Shown here: positions 48,065 through 61,680 of the stretch, piece by piece | Layout: each line of letters begins with the position of its first letter | Numbering within the stretch: the stretch's first letter is position 1 | Assembly (NCBI GenBank): GCA_051362555.1 | Contig: CM120644.1 | Location: forward strand, 23,768,534-23,832,533 | Direction: 5' to 3' | Source: Lingula anatina | Lineage: Eukaryota > Animalia > Brachiopoda | DNA length: 64,000 nt | Notes under the pieces: generated by a model | Seen by the model: only the letters and a program-made list of their open reading frames with translations | Database searches by the model: none | Told to the model about the DNA's origin: nothing | Program-made: the position numbers and the translations under genes

Positions 48065-51000
48065 GGCGCGCGTTTGATGCTGTCTGCTGCTGCTGCTTCT
48101 GCTGTGAACGGCCCTGGTTCTCCGTGGAGTATAAAATTTGGAGGTAGAGCTGGGTTTTTATCTCCCATTTTCACCTCACACAACGATTAAGTTTTATGAT
48201 GAGTAAAAATAAAGCTGCTTCCGCAAGGCTAAAGTGAAAAAATGTCTGTGTCTTCTTTTTCTTCTTCTCATTTTATATGCCACGGAAGAAGTTACACAAT
48301 CACATGCAGTCCTTCTCTAAAAAAGACTTTACATTCGTAGTCAGGAAAAGCTTCTAAATGTTTAATTGTCCAATCTTTTCATTTCAAAACCACCAAGTTT
48401 TTAGCTAATAAACCAAGAATGTTTTGGTGTGTCCTCATCAAAACGATCTCAATACAATTAATTCTGCGTTCTATTTTATGGCAATATGTTCTCTTTTATC
48501 TCATTGAGGTATTGTTTCGGTTTATGCCAAATTCTCGCGTTCACCTGAGGCGAATTTGTGTGTATACACGCACTCCGATTTGGCAGACGACACCAAGGCG
48601 AGAGGGGCATGGGAAGATCGCCTTAAGCTAATATTGCTTGATTTCCCTTCGCAATTCTGCACCGGCTTGCTTGTCAAATTGAATCAAAGAGAGAGGGACA
48701 AATTATGATCAATTGTAGCTCACACGCTTCGCACAAGTCGACCAATCACTAGCATGTTGATTAGTCATGTAGGTAGTCTAGCAAACTGTAAACAAGTGGG
48801 GAAGACTGAACCCCGAGTTTTTAAACTTCTGCTCACATATAAGTGGTGGGTCCAGGGCGGGGCACACGCCCCCTCCTCTTCTTAGGTGCATCTGTCCCCC
48901 CTTTCTCTAGCTCAAAAATAAAGAAATAAAGAAAAACAGTATAACGATCAAACGAGAGAAAACCTAACATCTATATCACCGTGCCCTACGTGTACACATG
49001 CATGTAATAGTAAAATTGTCCACGTCCTACACAAATTGAACTGTCAAAATTCTGGTGCACCCCCCCCCCAACATAATTTTGGATCCATTAGAGCGAATGA
49101 TGTTCACTAATAACACGTATTCATATCGTGATTGTTGGTATTTGTTGTTGTCAGTTTCATATATTTTATTGGCGTGGGACATTTTCTTGAGTATAGGAAC
49201 CCCTATCTTCTGCTCACAAGATGAAGCTTAACACCAAGTGGACAGCAAAGGGCATATGTCGCCGTCTACTTAACTCGGGTCACCTGATAAAGTAGCAATA
49301 TTAAGATTTAAGGTATGACAACTTGGGTAAGATGCAGGAAGAGTGCTGCTTTATAAGACAGCGAAATGCCACTGTGGCCTGAAATATTGGGTTTCTTTTA
49401 TTATGGGGGTACGTACCGTCTATGCTGAAGAAAGAGTCAATTAAAAATGAGTGTTGTATTCCTTGTACTGATTAAGTTAAGAAAAAAATTACCAAAAGGT
49501 CAATAAGAAATTCTAGTTTAAGCTTGACTAACTCTAGTTGTAATGGAAAAAGCTTCCGCTTCCGTTTATGAATGGAAGACTGAACGGTGTGAAATCAAAA
49601 TGAATTGTTAATGTCAGAAATTTCAATGGTACCCCGTTCTCTGCTGCTGGCTGGCGAAGTACAGTGTGTTACCGATGTAAACGAAGTCACCCTTTGGCGA
49701 CATCGCGTTGTTGGGGGACATTTTCATTGGTAACTACAGTGGAATTCAGTGAGAGCTTACTCGGATGGAAGGTAGAATCGTTTGATTTCTCGGACGAGAT
49801 ATAGATTTCCTGACCTTTTCTTTTCAAAACTAAAATACCCCCATTTAAGTTCCACAAGAGACTGGTGCGTGTAATTCTAAATTTGACACCATCACAGCGG
49901 TGGTAGCAACGGAAATATAAAACTACAGTAGTTCTTAATAGAGCTTGCCAAGTCCCGTATTAAAATATGAATAAAATCGCAATAAGTAACATGTTTCTTT
50001 TTAATGGGAACATATGAGATTAAAGACATATTTTCCTTAAGAGACCATCGAGCGAATGGACAATAAGGAAAATTAGTGTTTTAACATTAAAATGTTCAAG
50101 AGAAGATTAAAATGAAGAGGTACAAGGCAAAGATAGAAGCTGTATGCTCATGCGAAGTGTATTTTTAAGAACAAAAAACGTACCCCAGCTATAGTATTAA
50201 TCAACAACACTCCGGAAAAGGTACCGATCCATTGAAATAAGAAAATGATTCCTAAGGCAATGGTTTGTACAATTCCACTACATTGAAAGTGATCACACAG
50301 TCACCCAGATTGAGATGTGACAGTATTGAAGGCCGCTTAGTGTCCCTTTTATAGCTTAATATGCTGGAGGTACTTGTAAATGTGCGTCTATCAATAGATC
50401 CATAGTTTGCAGGGGTATAACCCAAGACCCTAACACACAGCAAAATGCCATTAACTAAGTCCACAGAAAGTCCAATGAAACAATGTTACAAATTTGACTC
50501 TCATCAGAGTACCCACCAAATGACACCATACAAGTTTCATAAGGCGGTGTCAAATAGGTTAAACAACAGTTCATTTTCAGCAGTAAATCCCCTAGCGTGA
50601 AGAAACCGTTAATGACTGACTTTAACGACTATAACCAACATGTGTTGCTGGTCAAAGCTTAAGACCCTGACGTACAAAACGTTCAACTCGGCCTTCGTGA
50701 ACATCAGTTATTGTTAATTTGTTATTGTTAATTTATTATTTTTAATGTGTTATTTTTAATTTGTGAGCAACGAGGTAGGAGTGATGAACCGTGGTATCTT
50801 TAACTAGTACCAAGGATGACCCATATCGTTTTATGGACACGTCATTCACGACCCTGATCGATGTGCAGAGACTGTAGTTGACTACAAAAGGGCTTTTTTC
50901 TCCTTGCAGGCTATAATATTCTGCTTTGTGCACCTAACTTTGGCACCTGAACTCGTCGTTTTGTAAAGTTCTGGAAGACACGCGTGTGACCATGTAACGC

Positions 51001-53243
51001 TGGTAATTACGATCTTAGCTAGGGAACCCGACTTAAGTTTTTTTTCTAAAACCGGGGTCTAATCTCATCATTTTTATTATTAAAGCTCAACATCAAGATA
51101 TCATCTTCTAAATGAGACCTTTTCTGACCTATCTGAATTCTTTTAAATAAAAATCCGCCCATGGTTTTTTGAGTTAAGTTGTTAACTAATAAACAAACAC
51201 CGGCGAAGGCGTAGTCTCATTGGAGGAGGCACTGTAGTAAATACCTCTATATACTATCTTTGTACGTGATGCGCCAATAGTCTATTACAGAAAAATCGAA
51301 TGGCTTACACAGTCATTGTGTATACTAGTTAAGTAGCCCCTGGTGTCACAGAGGGCCATAAATCCCTTACTTTGAAATTTCCACCACCGCCGGCTAGGGG
51401 TGTTGTCGTAAACGCGGCCCTGGTGTCCCAGCTAGCTCGGAATTCCCCTGAAGGGAGATTTTGGAAAATATGTGACATAACATTCGAGTAAAAGGTTGTG
51501 AACGTCTTGAAGAAACATCCATTTGAAAAAAAAAAACTATTTTCTCCCAAGGCATTAAAAATCTAGATACAAAAACATGTTTTCTTGTCTCGGAACCTCT
51601 TTTGCTATTGTTAATGCCATGGTAATTCATTGGTTGACAACAATCTTTCTTTCCTTAGAGAATCTCTTGATGTATCATAACTTGATATCTGAGGAAAAAC
51701 AATAGCCTGTACTTTTAATAGTTACTGAGCAATTAATTTTTTTTACGGAATTTCTACAACGCGACTAAACACTCCCATACGTCAGTGTTGCTTATTATTA
51801 TTTCATCTTTTCAATTTTATTGCTATTTCAAAGCGCCGCCATTCATAAAAGAAGCATCACATTAAAGTATTTATAAAGTTATAAAAACTTACACTCAGGC
51901 GCAGGTCATCGGGTGCGTTATGACAGTCGTCTGCGTTCCAATGACATTAAATCATTGATATTGACCTGTGTGTATCTTCTCTTCCGTCTGAACGCTACCT
52001 AAGAGCTAAATATATGTAGGGGTTTGTTTTATGGCTTATTATTAACAACGCGTTAAAACTCGCCACTTAATGATTTGCTTTACATAATGTTAATGGGATT
52101 GAAGACACGGTCACCGTGTTTTTGTACGTTTCTGCAGACGTTAAGCCCCGTGGCTGGTACTTTCTCCATAAGATGCGAGTTTTACGTTCGGCTTCGGGGG
52201 TGGAAGGGGGTGGCGTAGGGTTGTTGGAGGGGAGGGGAATATTCCCCTCAAATACGAAGATTAGAAGAACTGATATTTATCTTCACTTTTAAATGGTAAC
52301 AATTAACTACAAACGCTTGCATTATTGAAGTAGATTCTCAAACAGATATTTAATGTAAAAATGACTTGATCTAATTCGAACTACGATAAATTGTCACACA
52401 CCTATGTGTGTGAGTGAGCGTTTGCGTGTTTGTGCGTATGCGTGCGTGTGTGTGCGTGCGTGTTTGCTTGTGCTTGTGTATGTAAGTACGTGTGCATGGA
52501 GGTGCGTTTGTGTATTTGTACGTATGTCCGCATGCGTTTGTGCATGTGCGTGTGCATTTGTGTGTGTGTGTGCGCGTGTGCGCGTGTGTTTGTGTGAGGG
52601 GAGGTGTGAGAGTGGGAAAGTACAGAGTATAATAGGAAATCCCACAAACACAAGTAGTAACCATGACATATGAATGGTTCTTGTCTTCTTTTATGTAAAA
52701 GTGAGATTTGATCAATCCCATAACCGAGGGAAATGTGGCACGTGTCCTCTGAACCTTGATGCCCCTGCCAGTAGCTCTTTTCTTGTAACACACGATATCG
52801 TTTGAGGAGGAACAACGTTTTCTCTTGTCGTTTCCTTAACCTTAAGGCACAATGGCAACTTAACGTATGTTCTCAGCGTCTGTGGAACAATCAGGGGAGC
52901 ATTTAACAAGAAGCGCCATCCAGATAACTCAACAGTAACATGTTTGAAAGCGTTCAGCGTCACCCCCCAGAACCTAAAACCTGAAGAAAAATACCTGAAA
53001 ACAAATGTCACCCACACTTTAGTTGTATTTGATGATTTGACCCGTCATCATTTTTCTAAAAGTCCTCTGATCTACATCTTTAAGTTATATTTAATAGTGT
53101 GAAAAATGCCCTTGAGTCACTCTTGGACAATAAATATGGTATTCTCTTAACGCGTAGCTTCAAGATACGTATTATGTAGACATTGGGAATATCTTCAAGA
53201 CAACGCGTGCTCAGGCACGCTGCAACGTTGCCAGGCTAGTGCC

Positions 53244-53250
53244 TATAAAA
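53244..53250 (+). promoter_or_regulatory. TATA box of gene E
   Basis: CTATAAAAG ~90 nt upstream of the ATG at 53339. Confidence 0.6.
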
Positions 53251-53338
53251 GAACCAGCGCTCCACGGTGAAGTTACTCCGCCTTTCAGGGACCGTAGAAC
53301 GTCGTGAGTGCTTCCTTGCAAGACAAATCAGAGTCAAG

Positions 53339-54700
53339 ATGTTGAAGATCGCTTTGTTGCTGTGTGTGGTGGGCCTGGCCGTCTGCAGTCAGTGAGTTGC
53401 TTCTTGTTTATTACAAGTATAACATTACGTTCGTCAGTAGATTAAGCTTTATGTAAACAATAGTAAATAATAATATAAAGGTTCCCAAATAAGATATAAA
53501 ACATCTGAGTTCTTACCACTTCATTATTTCGCTGTCTAAGGTACCACTAGGCGTAGGGCAAATGACAGCATTTACTAGTATGCATTTTCGCGGCAGTTTA
53601 TTTTGTATTGTTTTAAGATGACGAACTCAGCTGCAAAGGAAAAATGCATATTCTTTATCACAACTCTCTCTACATTTATTAGGTGCGCGGTTAAGGTTAA
53701 ATATGCATTCTAAGTGTAGATTCTCTGCGCCAATCGAGTCTCTTCGTTGTTACGTACTATATTGCCATATGATACAATTTTTCTTACTGTCCAACTGAAC
53801 GTGAAAAGGTATTTGTGAAGGTATTCATGCAAATACTTAAAAAGGTAAATAAATAAATAAATAAATTAATTAATTAATCATATTGAGAATGTATACATCC
53901 AGTGATGTGTGTTTCTTGTTGTTTAAGGATGTACCAGGATTGTGTCAGCTATGATCCACATATGAGCAGAAGATGTGGTCAATGCGTCCAAAGTTATCAC
54001 CAGTCCTGTACGTCTCTCTCTCTCTCTCTCGATCTCTCTCTCTCTCTCTCTCTCTCCATTTCCCCCTCTCTCCCTCTCTTTTTCTCTTGTTACACCCAAG
54101 CTCATTTTGATACAAACAAGTAAGTCAAATACTACTTGTTTTCGTAAAGCATTGTATAGGCCCCCCTATTGGCACATCAACGTGATCGCATGTGTTCTTA
54201 AGAATTCACAGTATCAGTACACTTAAGGAAGCTGGGCCCCGTAACTCGAAAGCATCACATATTGTGAATAGCGATATCACATAGAGGCTACAATGTATTA
54301 TATGGCGCGAGTATAGGCGAGTTATGGAATCGAGGCGTTTGCGCTCGGTCGCAATGCGCGATGCTTTCGAGTTACGGGACCCTGCAGTTTCTTCTCGAAA
54401 TTGATAAACGATGAATATAAAGAAATAATACGCAGTTCTTGCCTGGTATATTCCAGTTTACTGCCCCAACGAGTACAACCCAGGCGGCTCTTACCACCAG
54501 AAGGTGCCCACTCATGTCAAAGACGGATATGGATACAAAGTCAGGTAAATTTGTCACACCTTAGGACATATCCTTCGAAACCTCCGGATACAGATATAAA
54601 ACCAGCTACAGTTGACATTATTTTAAAGACATTGCTAGCGAGGTGTACTTCAGATTAATGCATACTTGCAAATTGTCACTGTCAGTGATGATGCATAATG

Positions 54701-54741
<41 letters not shown>

Positions 54742-55225
54742 GTTATGAACAAGTTATTCCGGTGACACAGAGTTGAAACGATTTCGGTACAAAAACATGA
54801 AAATCAAAAGTGAACATACTTGAGATTGAAAAACGCAGAGTTGGGCGGGGGGGATTTCTCGTTATCGCTGAAAGTAAACTGGCTGCTCTTCACTTCCTAG
54901 TAACTTATCATAATGTTCTTCCGTGATTTGTAAATATATCATCTAAGCTTCATTACTAAGTAGGCCCGGGGTGTAAATCCTCTTCAACAAACTTTATAAC
55001 ACTTTTTGAATCTTCGCCAATATTGTTTTCATTCTAATGAATCCTTCTTTTTCTGCACACAGCTACAGATACGAAACCGTCTACTACGGTCCCTCCAAGA
55101 AACTCTACTTCAGGTACGCTGACGACCCTGCTTGTTACTGGCAGTGCGATACTGAAGGCAACGCCAGCCTGAGAGCCTGTCCATACGGTACCACCTTTAA
55201 CGAGTACAACGGCGTTTGCCAGTAA
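53339..55225 (+). CDS. Gene E: small secreted Tyr-rich protein with CBM14-like domain, ~127 aa; join(53339..53391,53928..54007,54457..54544,55063..55225)
   Basis: MLKIALLLCVVGLAVCS signal peptide; phases 2/1/2, all GT-AG; 384 nt open; DGYGYKV and DDPACYWQCDTEGNASLRACPYGTTFNEYNGVC align with gene D. Confidence 0.85.
54235..54381. mobile_element. Harbinger-type MITE in gene E intron 2
   Basis: TIR GG(C/T)CCCGTAACTCGAAAGCATC with CTG on both flanks. Confidence 0.85.
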
Positions 55226-56649
55226 ATAGAACTAGGATTTGGTAAGTTACGACGATCAGAATAAAATTATTTATTCATCTGTTTATTTATTAAACATTAT
55301 TAAAGATAAAACAAGGTAAATTAAAATTTGATCTTACTCATCGCCCTCAAAATGTTTACAGTAATGTTCGAGTACTGGTGTTTAAAGACATGATTGATGC
55401 AGATCCTTTCGAGACCTGTTTGCTAAAGGTGTATTCCATACCAAAACTTTTCAAGCAAGTGGAAACCGATTTAATTTACGACTGAAACAGTATATTTAAT
55501 GCAAGTTTTACCAGTAGACCTCGTTTATTGTCTCAAAGTTGGGCTTCCCGTGTAGGTTAGTGGTCCAGAATAAAATGCCACTTCTTTAGCAAGGACAATG
55601 TGCACATGTTTGTCTATCTATGTATACGGCTTACTTGTACATAGTCGGTTTTGTCAGCAACCAGACAAATCTAGTAGCATGTCAGAAACGCTGAGATCAG
55701 TCCAGTGTTTCATACATATTTCACCGCCAGTAAGCTGTTAATGTAAAAGCTATTCACCAAGCGGCACAGATTAGTCAGCAGATACTTATTGTAGTCGTCG
55801 CGGTGTGCAAACAGCGAAAAAACCAAGCGTCCTAACTAGAGGAAACCTTTTGTCAAATGTCTCAGTGTATTCCACCATGTATTTTATCCCTGCCTTATGC
55901 TTTATGATCCTTTTCACTTAGTATTCTGAACCAAACCAAAGGGACATCTCCAAATGTTTTACAACACTGTCATCAATGGTGTGCGGCTCTTTGTTGCTCT
56001 GTTGCAATTCATACCACGTTTGACCTACATCTAATCTAATATCGCAGCGAGCCAAAGGAAGTCGTTTGGTTGGCAATAAAAGGCAGCTTTACGAGCATAT
56101 AGTTTTGGAAGCACGGCGTTTTAATAGCCCCCTCTGGCCTTGCACGAGCTTTAAGGTTGGTCTCGACTGGCGCGGGGGTCTAATCGTTGTGTTACTTCCG
56201 AGTGAACACAATGTTTTCGTGTGAGAATATTTTTAACGATCGCGGAGCGTGGATGACTCCCACCATTGTTGTGAAATACACTATGTATTTCTACAGTATC
56301 GTTTCCTTCATAAACTGGTCTTAACGTGTGTCATGTTGATGGTGATGCATTTGACTCTTTGTATCTGGTTTGGCAATGCATATATAGACATGAAGAAAGC
56401 ATTGTCTTGCACATTTGCCTCGACATCACTTTAAACACCAGAAATTTCCAGTTTCACGATTTATCTTATTAGCTATTCCCCTTTACTCATATAAGTATAC
56501 ACGTTTTATAGAGTCGTCTAGTAAAAAGAAAAAAAAAAAAAAAACGCTCGTTTTTGGACAGAAGAAGTCATTACAAATTCTTACTCCACCAGGATTTACC
56601 ACACTTTATTTAACATTCCATTTAAACTTTCAATATTTCATTATTTCAG

Positions 56650-56930
56650 TGCAACCGGTCCGCGGCCTAGCAGAGGACGGATGGTGAAACGAACACATTT
56701 AAATCTAGAGACGCTAATGCTTACGCAACAACTCAAGCTTACAACACAAGATCTCGCGCCAGAATGGAGAACGGATGAGACCAGCCAACAAACTCGACGA
56801 CATAGAAGAGGAGACGAATCTAACTGAAGACACTTGACTTTATTTATTTAAATTATTTGCTCTCTTGGCTCGTTTCATTTCGTTGTATACCTTTTTACTA
56901 TTGGGCCAATAAACAAAGCATTCAGATTTT
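56650..56930 (+). other. Probable 3' UTR exon of gene E
   Basis: Donor G|gtaagt at 55241/55242, 16 nt after the stop; acceptor tttcag| at 56649; AATAAA at 56908-56913. Confidence 0.55.
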
Positions 56931-57180
56931 ACTCGCGGGTTTATCTGCAGGTCAAATTATATTGTAACTAAATTATATGCGTACCAATAATGTGTTTTCG
57001 CTAAGCACGCAATATAAAGCTATACAAATAAAGCATTTAATATGAAATATCTTCATTTTTGTTGGTCCTTTGCTCTAGTAAGAAATGTATTACATGGGTA
57101 TCAATCGATGCATGCTTTCCAGCGCACTTCACTTTACATCACGGAGCTTGTGTAAGCTAGCTGTGACCCCCTAACGGGAT

Positions 57181-57211
<31 letters not shown>

Positions 57212-57955
57212 GGTGAAGGTAGATTGTGGCGACCACTCCCTTAACTGACATCTGAAAGCTGTCATTTATAATTCCCGTGACCCCGCCTTTTTATCATAAG
57301 GTTTTCATGAATACAATGTAGTTCATCTTACCTTGCTGCGGGGTCTCTCATTCATGTCCACCCCTGCCTCCCCCCCCCCCCCCGACCACACCCACCGCTG
57401 TGTTCATGGCTGATTCCGTTTCCATATATGGACAATTACGACAGGCAAATGAAAAAATGGTTAGAAAAAATTGTTTAACCTGATTAAGATGCACCACACT
57501 CGTTAAAGGCTGAATGTAAATATAGTAAGCTGAATCAAAACAACTAATTATGCTTGAAACACAGCTCCAAGTTCATTGTGTGACGTAATATTTGAATTTT
57601 TGGGGCAAAAACATCATTTTCGGTTTCTTGATTATCTCAGGCACCTGACAAGCTGTAAACACGATTTAATGGTATAATAGCACTTGAACAAAGTACTACA
57701 AAAGGGATTCGGGGATTTTTTTCTTCCAGTACTAAATGTTGATTTTATCTATAAAACAACGTGAACGTGATCATAAGCAGTTGGGGTCGTCTAGCCAGGA
57801 TACCTCCTAGTATACTTGAAAACTCTTAGAAAGTCTATTGTTTTAACGTAGTGTTATCTGTTGTGTAGATTTAAAGTTGGCAAATACTACGGTAGCCTCG
57901 TTCGTGAACCGGGGTCTCATGGTTTTTTCAAGTGAAAACATTTAAGTAACTATTT

Positions 57956-58017
57956 GGTTACCCCACCCGCATGGTTACCCCACCCCATGGTTACCCCACC
58001 CACAAGGTTACCCCACC
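57956..58017. repeat. Minisatellite GGTTACCCCACC x4
   Basis: Direct reading. Confidence 0.9.
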
Positions 58018-58078
58018 TATGTACGTACCTGTTAGCAAAATATAGATCGCGCTCGAATGCACATTGACAGTTACACCC

Positions 58079-58290
58079 CATTTCCATAGATTTTTAGATC
58101 GATCTATCCCTGTGGGGAGTCTCACTAGATTACTGTCAGCTTGGCCGGCTTAAGCGTCTGTCCCGCCTATTAAAAGCTGGGGGTAATTAATTATGGTGCT
58201 CGCTCGTCTGACTGCAATTTAGCGTGAACCCCCAGGGAGTTAGGTCGATCTAAATTTTAATCCCTGGATCGATCTAAATCTCTGGAAATC
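58079..58290. mobile_element. MITE, same family as 34574..34788
   Basis: Same TIRs and interior; flanked by CACCC on both sides. Confidence 0.85.
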
Positions 58291-60472
58291 CACCCTTAGC
58301 TAAAACTATGATATGAAATTGCAGACACTTTTTTTGACTGCACTCACCTATGTTCTACGTTCTGTAAATCTAATTCATTTCAAAAACCGACATTCGGACA
58401 ACCTTTATTTACACCTGTCATAAACATCTTTGGGATGATATACAGACTTGGCATTTAATATGGAATGTTTTTCCAAAACATAACTCCTCAGTTTTTTTCC
58501 TATTTTGCTGACTGATTAATGAAAATAAGGATTAAAATCGTGTTTTAAAAACTTTTGATAATCTCTTCGATCTCATTGTGACATAAGTTCATTAATTGAA
58601 ATCGTCAGTGAAAAAAAATACATTGCCTATTTTAAGTCATACGACAACAATTGAAAGCGATATTTTGGATCTACATATTTTCCTAATTATTGACTTTAAA
58701 AGAGCCCCCCCCCCCCCCCCCCCAATGTCAGTGTCTAGTCACAGCAACAGTCGCTGTTACGCTTGACCTCACCTTGCTGCTACCAGAGTTTTCAAGCCGC
58801 AAGGTATTCCTTATGATAGGTTTTTAGAGTTTAATCTGGATTAAAATTCCAGAATACGGTTAAAACATGTCCAATTTGACTCAGTTTTGATGTAGGACAT
58901 GCAGGCCGTTGATTCGGCGAGTAATGACCTACCCACATATTGTCTATGTGGTTCAAATTTGGCGATTTTGATGACCAAGGTAGCTAATCATTCCCTTGGT
59001 TCTGTAAGTAATCTGCTATTCATCCCCAGAAATGCACTGCATGACGTCACGCCCAGCCCACTGCGCATGCGTGCATTTTTCATGAGTTGCTAGATTGCCA
59101 TAAGAAAATGAATGGGTTCGCGATTCGTGGGTAATTCGTGATAATTGACAAACTGACGGCCTGATGCCGACAGACAGCAACGCTGTGCTATGCTTCAAGC
59201 AACTCCTGACCAAATATCGCTAGGCTTTTTTAAAAAAATGTTGTACACACGTACTAAGAAGTTTGCCGTGCACTGCCTAGCCTACCCTCAGCAGAACGCC
59301 AATATTTTCAGAAATAGTGATTTAAGACGGCAGATTCACTCAGAAACAAAGGCAAACTAATTCGTTGCCGATAGCACCAGCAGATGGCAGCACCATACAG
59401 AGTCTTTCATGGCAATCGAAGAACTTTTACCACTGTACAATGGAGTCAAAAAAAAAAAAGCACTTGGCACAAATGTAAAACTGCCCAGTGCAAGGCCAAG
59501 AATTCAATCAGTATTTTCAATCATATTATCAGATTCTACATACATTGACTGACAATATCACTATCTAATTAATCTCTTAATCCAAAATTCCTATCATCAT
59601 TTAGTAATTATACAAAATTCTTCTTTCAGATTGCTATTTATTTTAATTTATAATGCTGCAACTGTTCCAAAATAATCATGTAGTAATGGAAAAATGCAAA
59701 AATGTGGAAGATCAATTTTACCCAAATTATTCATTTATTTAAATATAAAAAGAATAAGATCACGATTTAACAACTTAAAATAATATTTTCATGAACTCTT
59801 TCATGAATAACATATTAAACAAAAATAAAAGTTATAAATTAGTGGTAATGGCTTATTCTGGAATATATGACCTCTTCACATCATCAGTACCTGACTTGGT
59901 ACAGTATAGTTACTACTTGGATACAGAGTTAAATTTAATGAAGTAACAATAAGAACAATATATATTACAATAAACTCCTCTGCACATGTCAGACGCTTGT
60001 TACCATGAACTAACACTACTTGTCAATGGGCTGCTCCTCGAGCACTTATCAAAGAGTCTGTGTGCGATGCCATTGTTGTGCTGTGATTGGCTAGTTGAGT
60101 CACGTGAAGCCCTACTGTAACGCCCTCGCGTATCGCGTGAATGCTGCGCATTTCTGGCCATGTAAAGGTGCTCTTTGTGAACCGGCAACCTCATCCTGCA
60201 ACCTAAATTGTTCCTAAGGTGTCCCCTATCAAATAATAGTCAAGTGGTTCCCAGATTATTATTTTATTTGATCTGGTTCATGTTTTCATTGATGACTATC
60301 ATTGGTGTTTTGGCACCAATGTGGCATCCACTCCAAATACTGACACTGTCAATGACCCTAGTCACTTAAGAAATGGCACAAGCTTCGTCGTAGGCCTCTT
60401 CAGGATGTCTGTAAACAGTTTAGCGGTACAGGTCAAATCTGACCTCAATAAAGAAAGTCACGCGGTTTCAGT

Positions 60473-60530
60473 CCCTAACGAAAAAGTCCTATAGGATCCT
60501 ATAAGATCCTATAGGACTTTTTCGTAAGGG
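60473..60530. mobile_element. 58-bp palindromic mini-element with CCC...GGG termini
   Basis: CCCT(A)ACGAAAAAGTCCTATAGGA / TCCTATAGGACTTTTTCGTAAGGG, GT on both sides; absent in the related repeat copy at ~2325. Confidence 0.75.
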
Positions 60531-61341
60531 GTACGTGTTCTACCCAGAAACTGTCATGGTCCCCAATTCATTAAAGAAACAGACTAGGCATGCTTTGCTG
60601 TTTACAGTGACTTCCTCAGAGGTCGCCTGGAATCCTAACCTGTTGAAACCAGTTTAGTGTTCCTAAGAGCCTTGAAAAACAAGTTTTGGTGACAATTTGC
60701 CCCTCATTCAAAACGGACAGGGTGGTTTTGGTTTTATTGCAGCAGCATATCCTGAAGGACAGTGAGTCCTGTACCCTGGTGGTAAAACGTCGATGCATTG
60801 GACGTGGTCTCTGTGTAGTGCATCAAACTGGGCATTACTCTATAAAACTGTGTAGACCGTTCCGTTTGACACAATAATCTGTCTGGCAATGTCTGTGTTT
60901 TTCGCGACATTTTGGCACACCTTAACAATTTTGTAAAACACTACTTAATTTATTTTACGCACTGCAAAACCGACCGCTTGCATGCAAAATTTCAAATTCT
61001 TCTATGAAGTATTTGCCGACATATGGATATTTTTTTGACAGAACCAAAGGAGCACTGTCCAATTACATTACTGCATATTACACAAACTAGCAGTGCAACA
61101 GACTTGGTAGTCAGTTAATTGGCAGCGACACACCTGACAACACACTTCTCCATTCAGATGTCTTATATGAAAAAAGAACGCATTTTTACCTAGGTATTAC
61201 CTAGGTAAAACTGAAATATTCCATATTAAATGTCAAGTCTGTAATTATTACTTTGTACCAAATCACAATTATTTTGATATATTTGTTTGTTAATTATTAT
61301 TGATAATAATTTCTTTCCACAGATATAAAAAGGACAGTTAA

Positions 61342-61680
61342 AGGGATAATAACTGTTCATTTTGGCCAAAAAATGAATTTTCATGGAGTAAACAACAATT
61401 TACCCATACTTAACAATGTATAATGAATCCATCACTACATTCAAATTTAGTCCCTGTTTCCTTTATTAAATTTTTGTTTTTTTTTTTAAATAATCTCTTA
61501 AGAGATTATTACAGAGTATAGTCATCTATGGAGGTCACGTGGTCCGATGACAAACTCAGATATAAAAATAATAGCTATAAATGATGTTTTGTGCTAAAAC
61601 AAAATATATTATATTACTGAGAGTTGTTTACAATGTTTCAATTGTGAAATAAAGATCTCATACGAAGAGTTATTATCGCT
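61342..61680. mobile_element. Kolobok-like MITE with TTAA TSD
   Basis: TTAA|AGGGATAATAACT...AGTTATTATCGCT|TTAA. Confidence 0.75.

Noticed and set aside
52371-52815. His/Thr-rich and Cys/Val-rich ORFs
   Set aside because: Translations of a degenerate (GT)n/(CA)n microsatellite.
54401-54658. 85-aa ORF overlapping gene E exon 3
   Set aside because: Wrong frame; the frame giving YCPNEY...DGYGYKV matches gene D and the splice phases.
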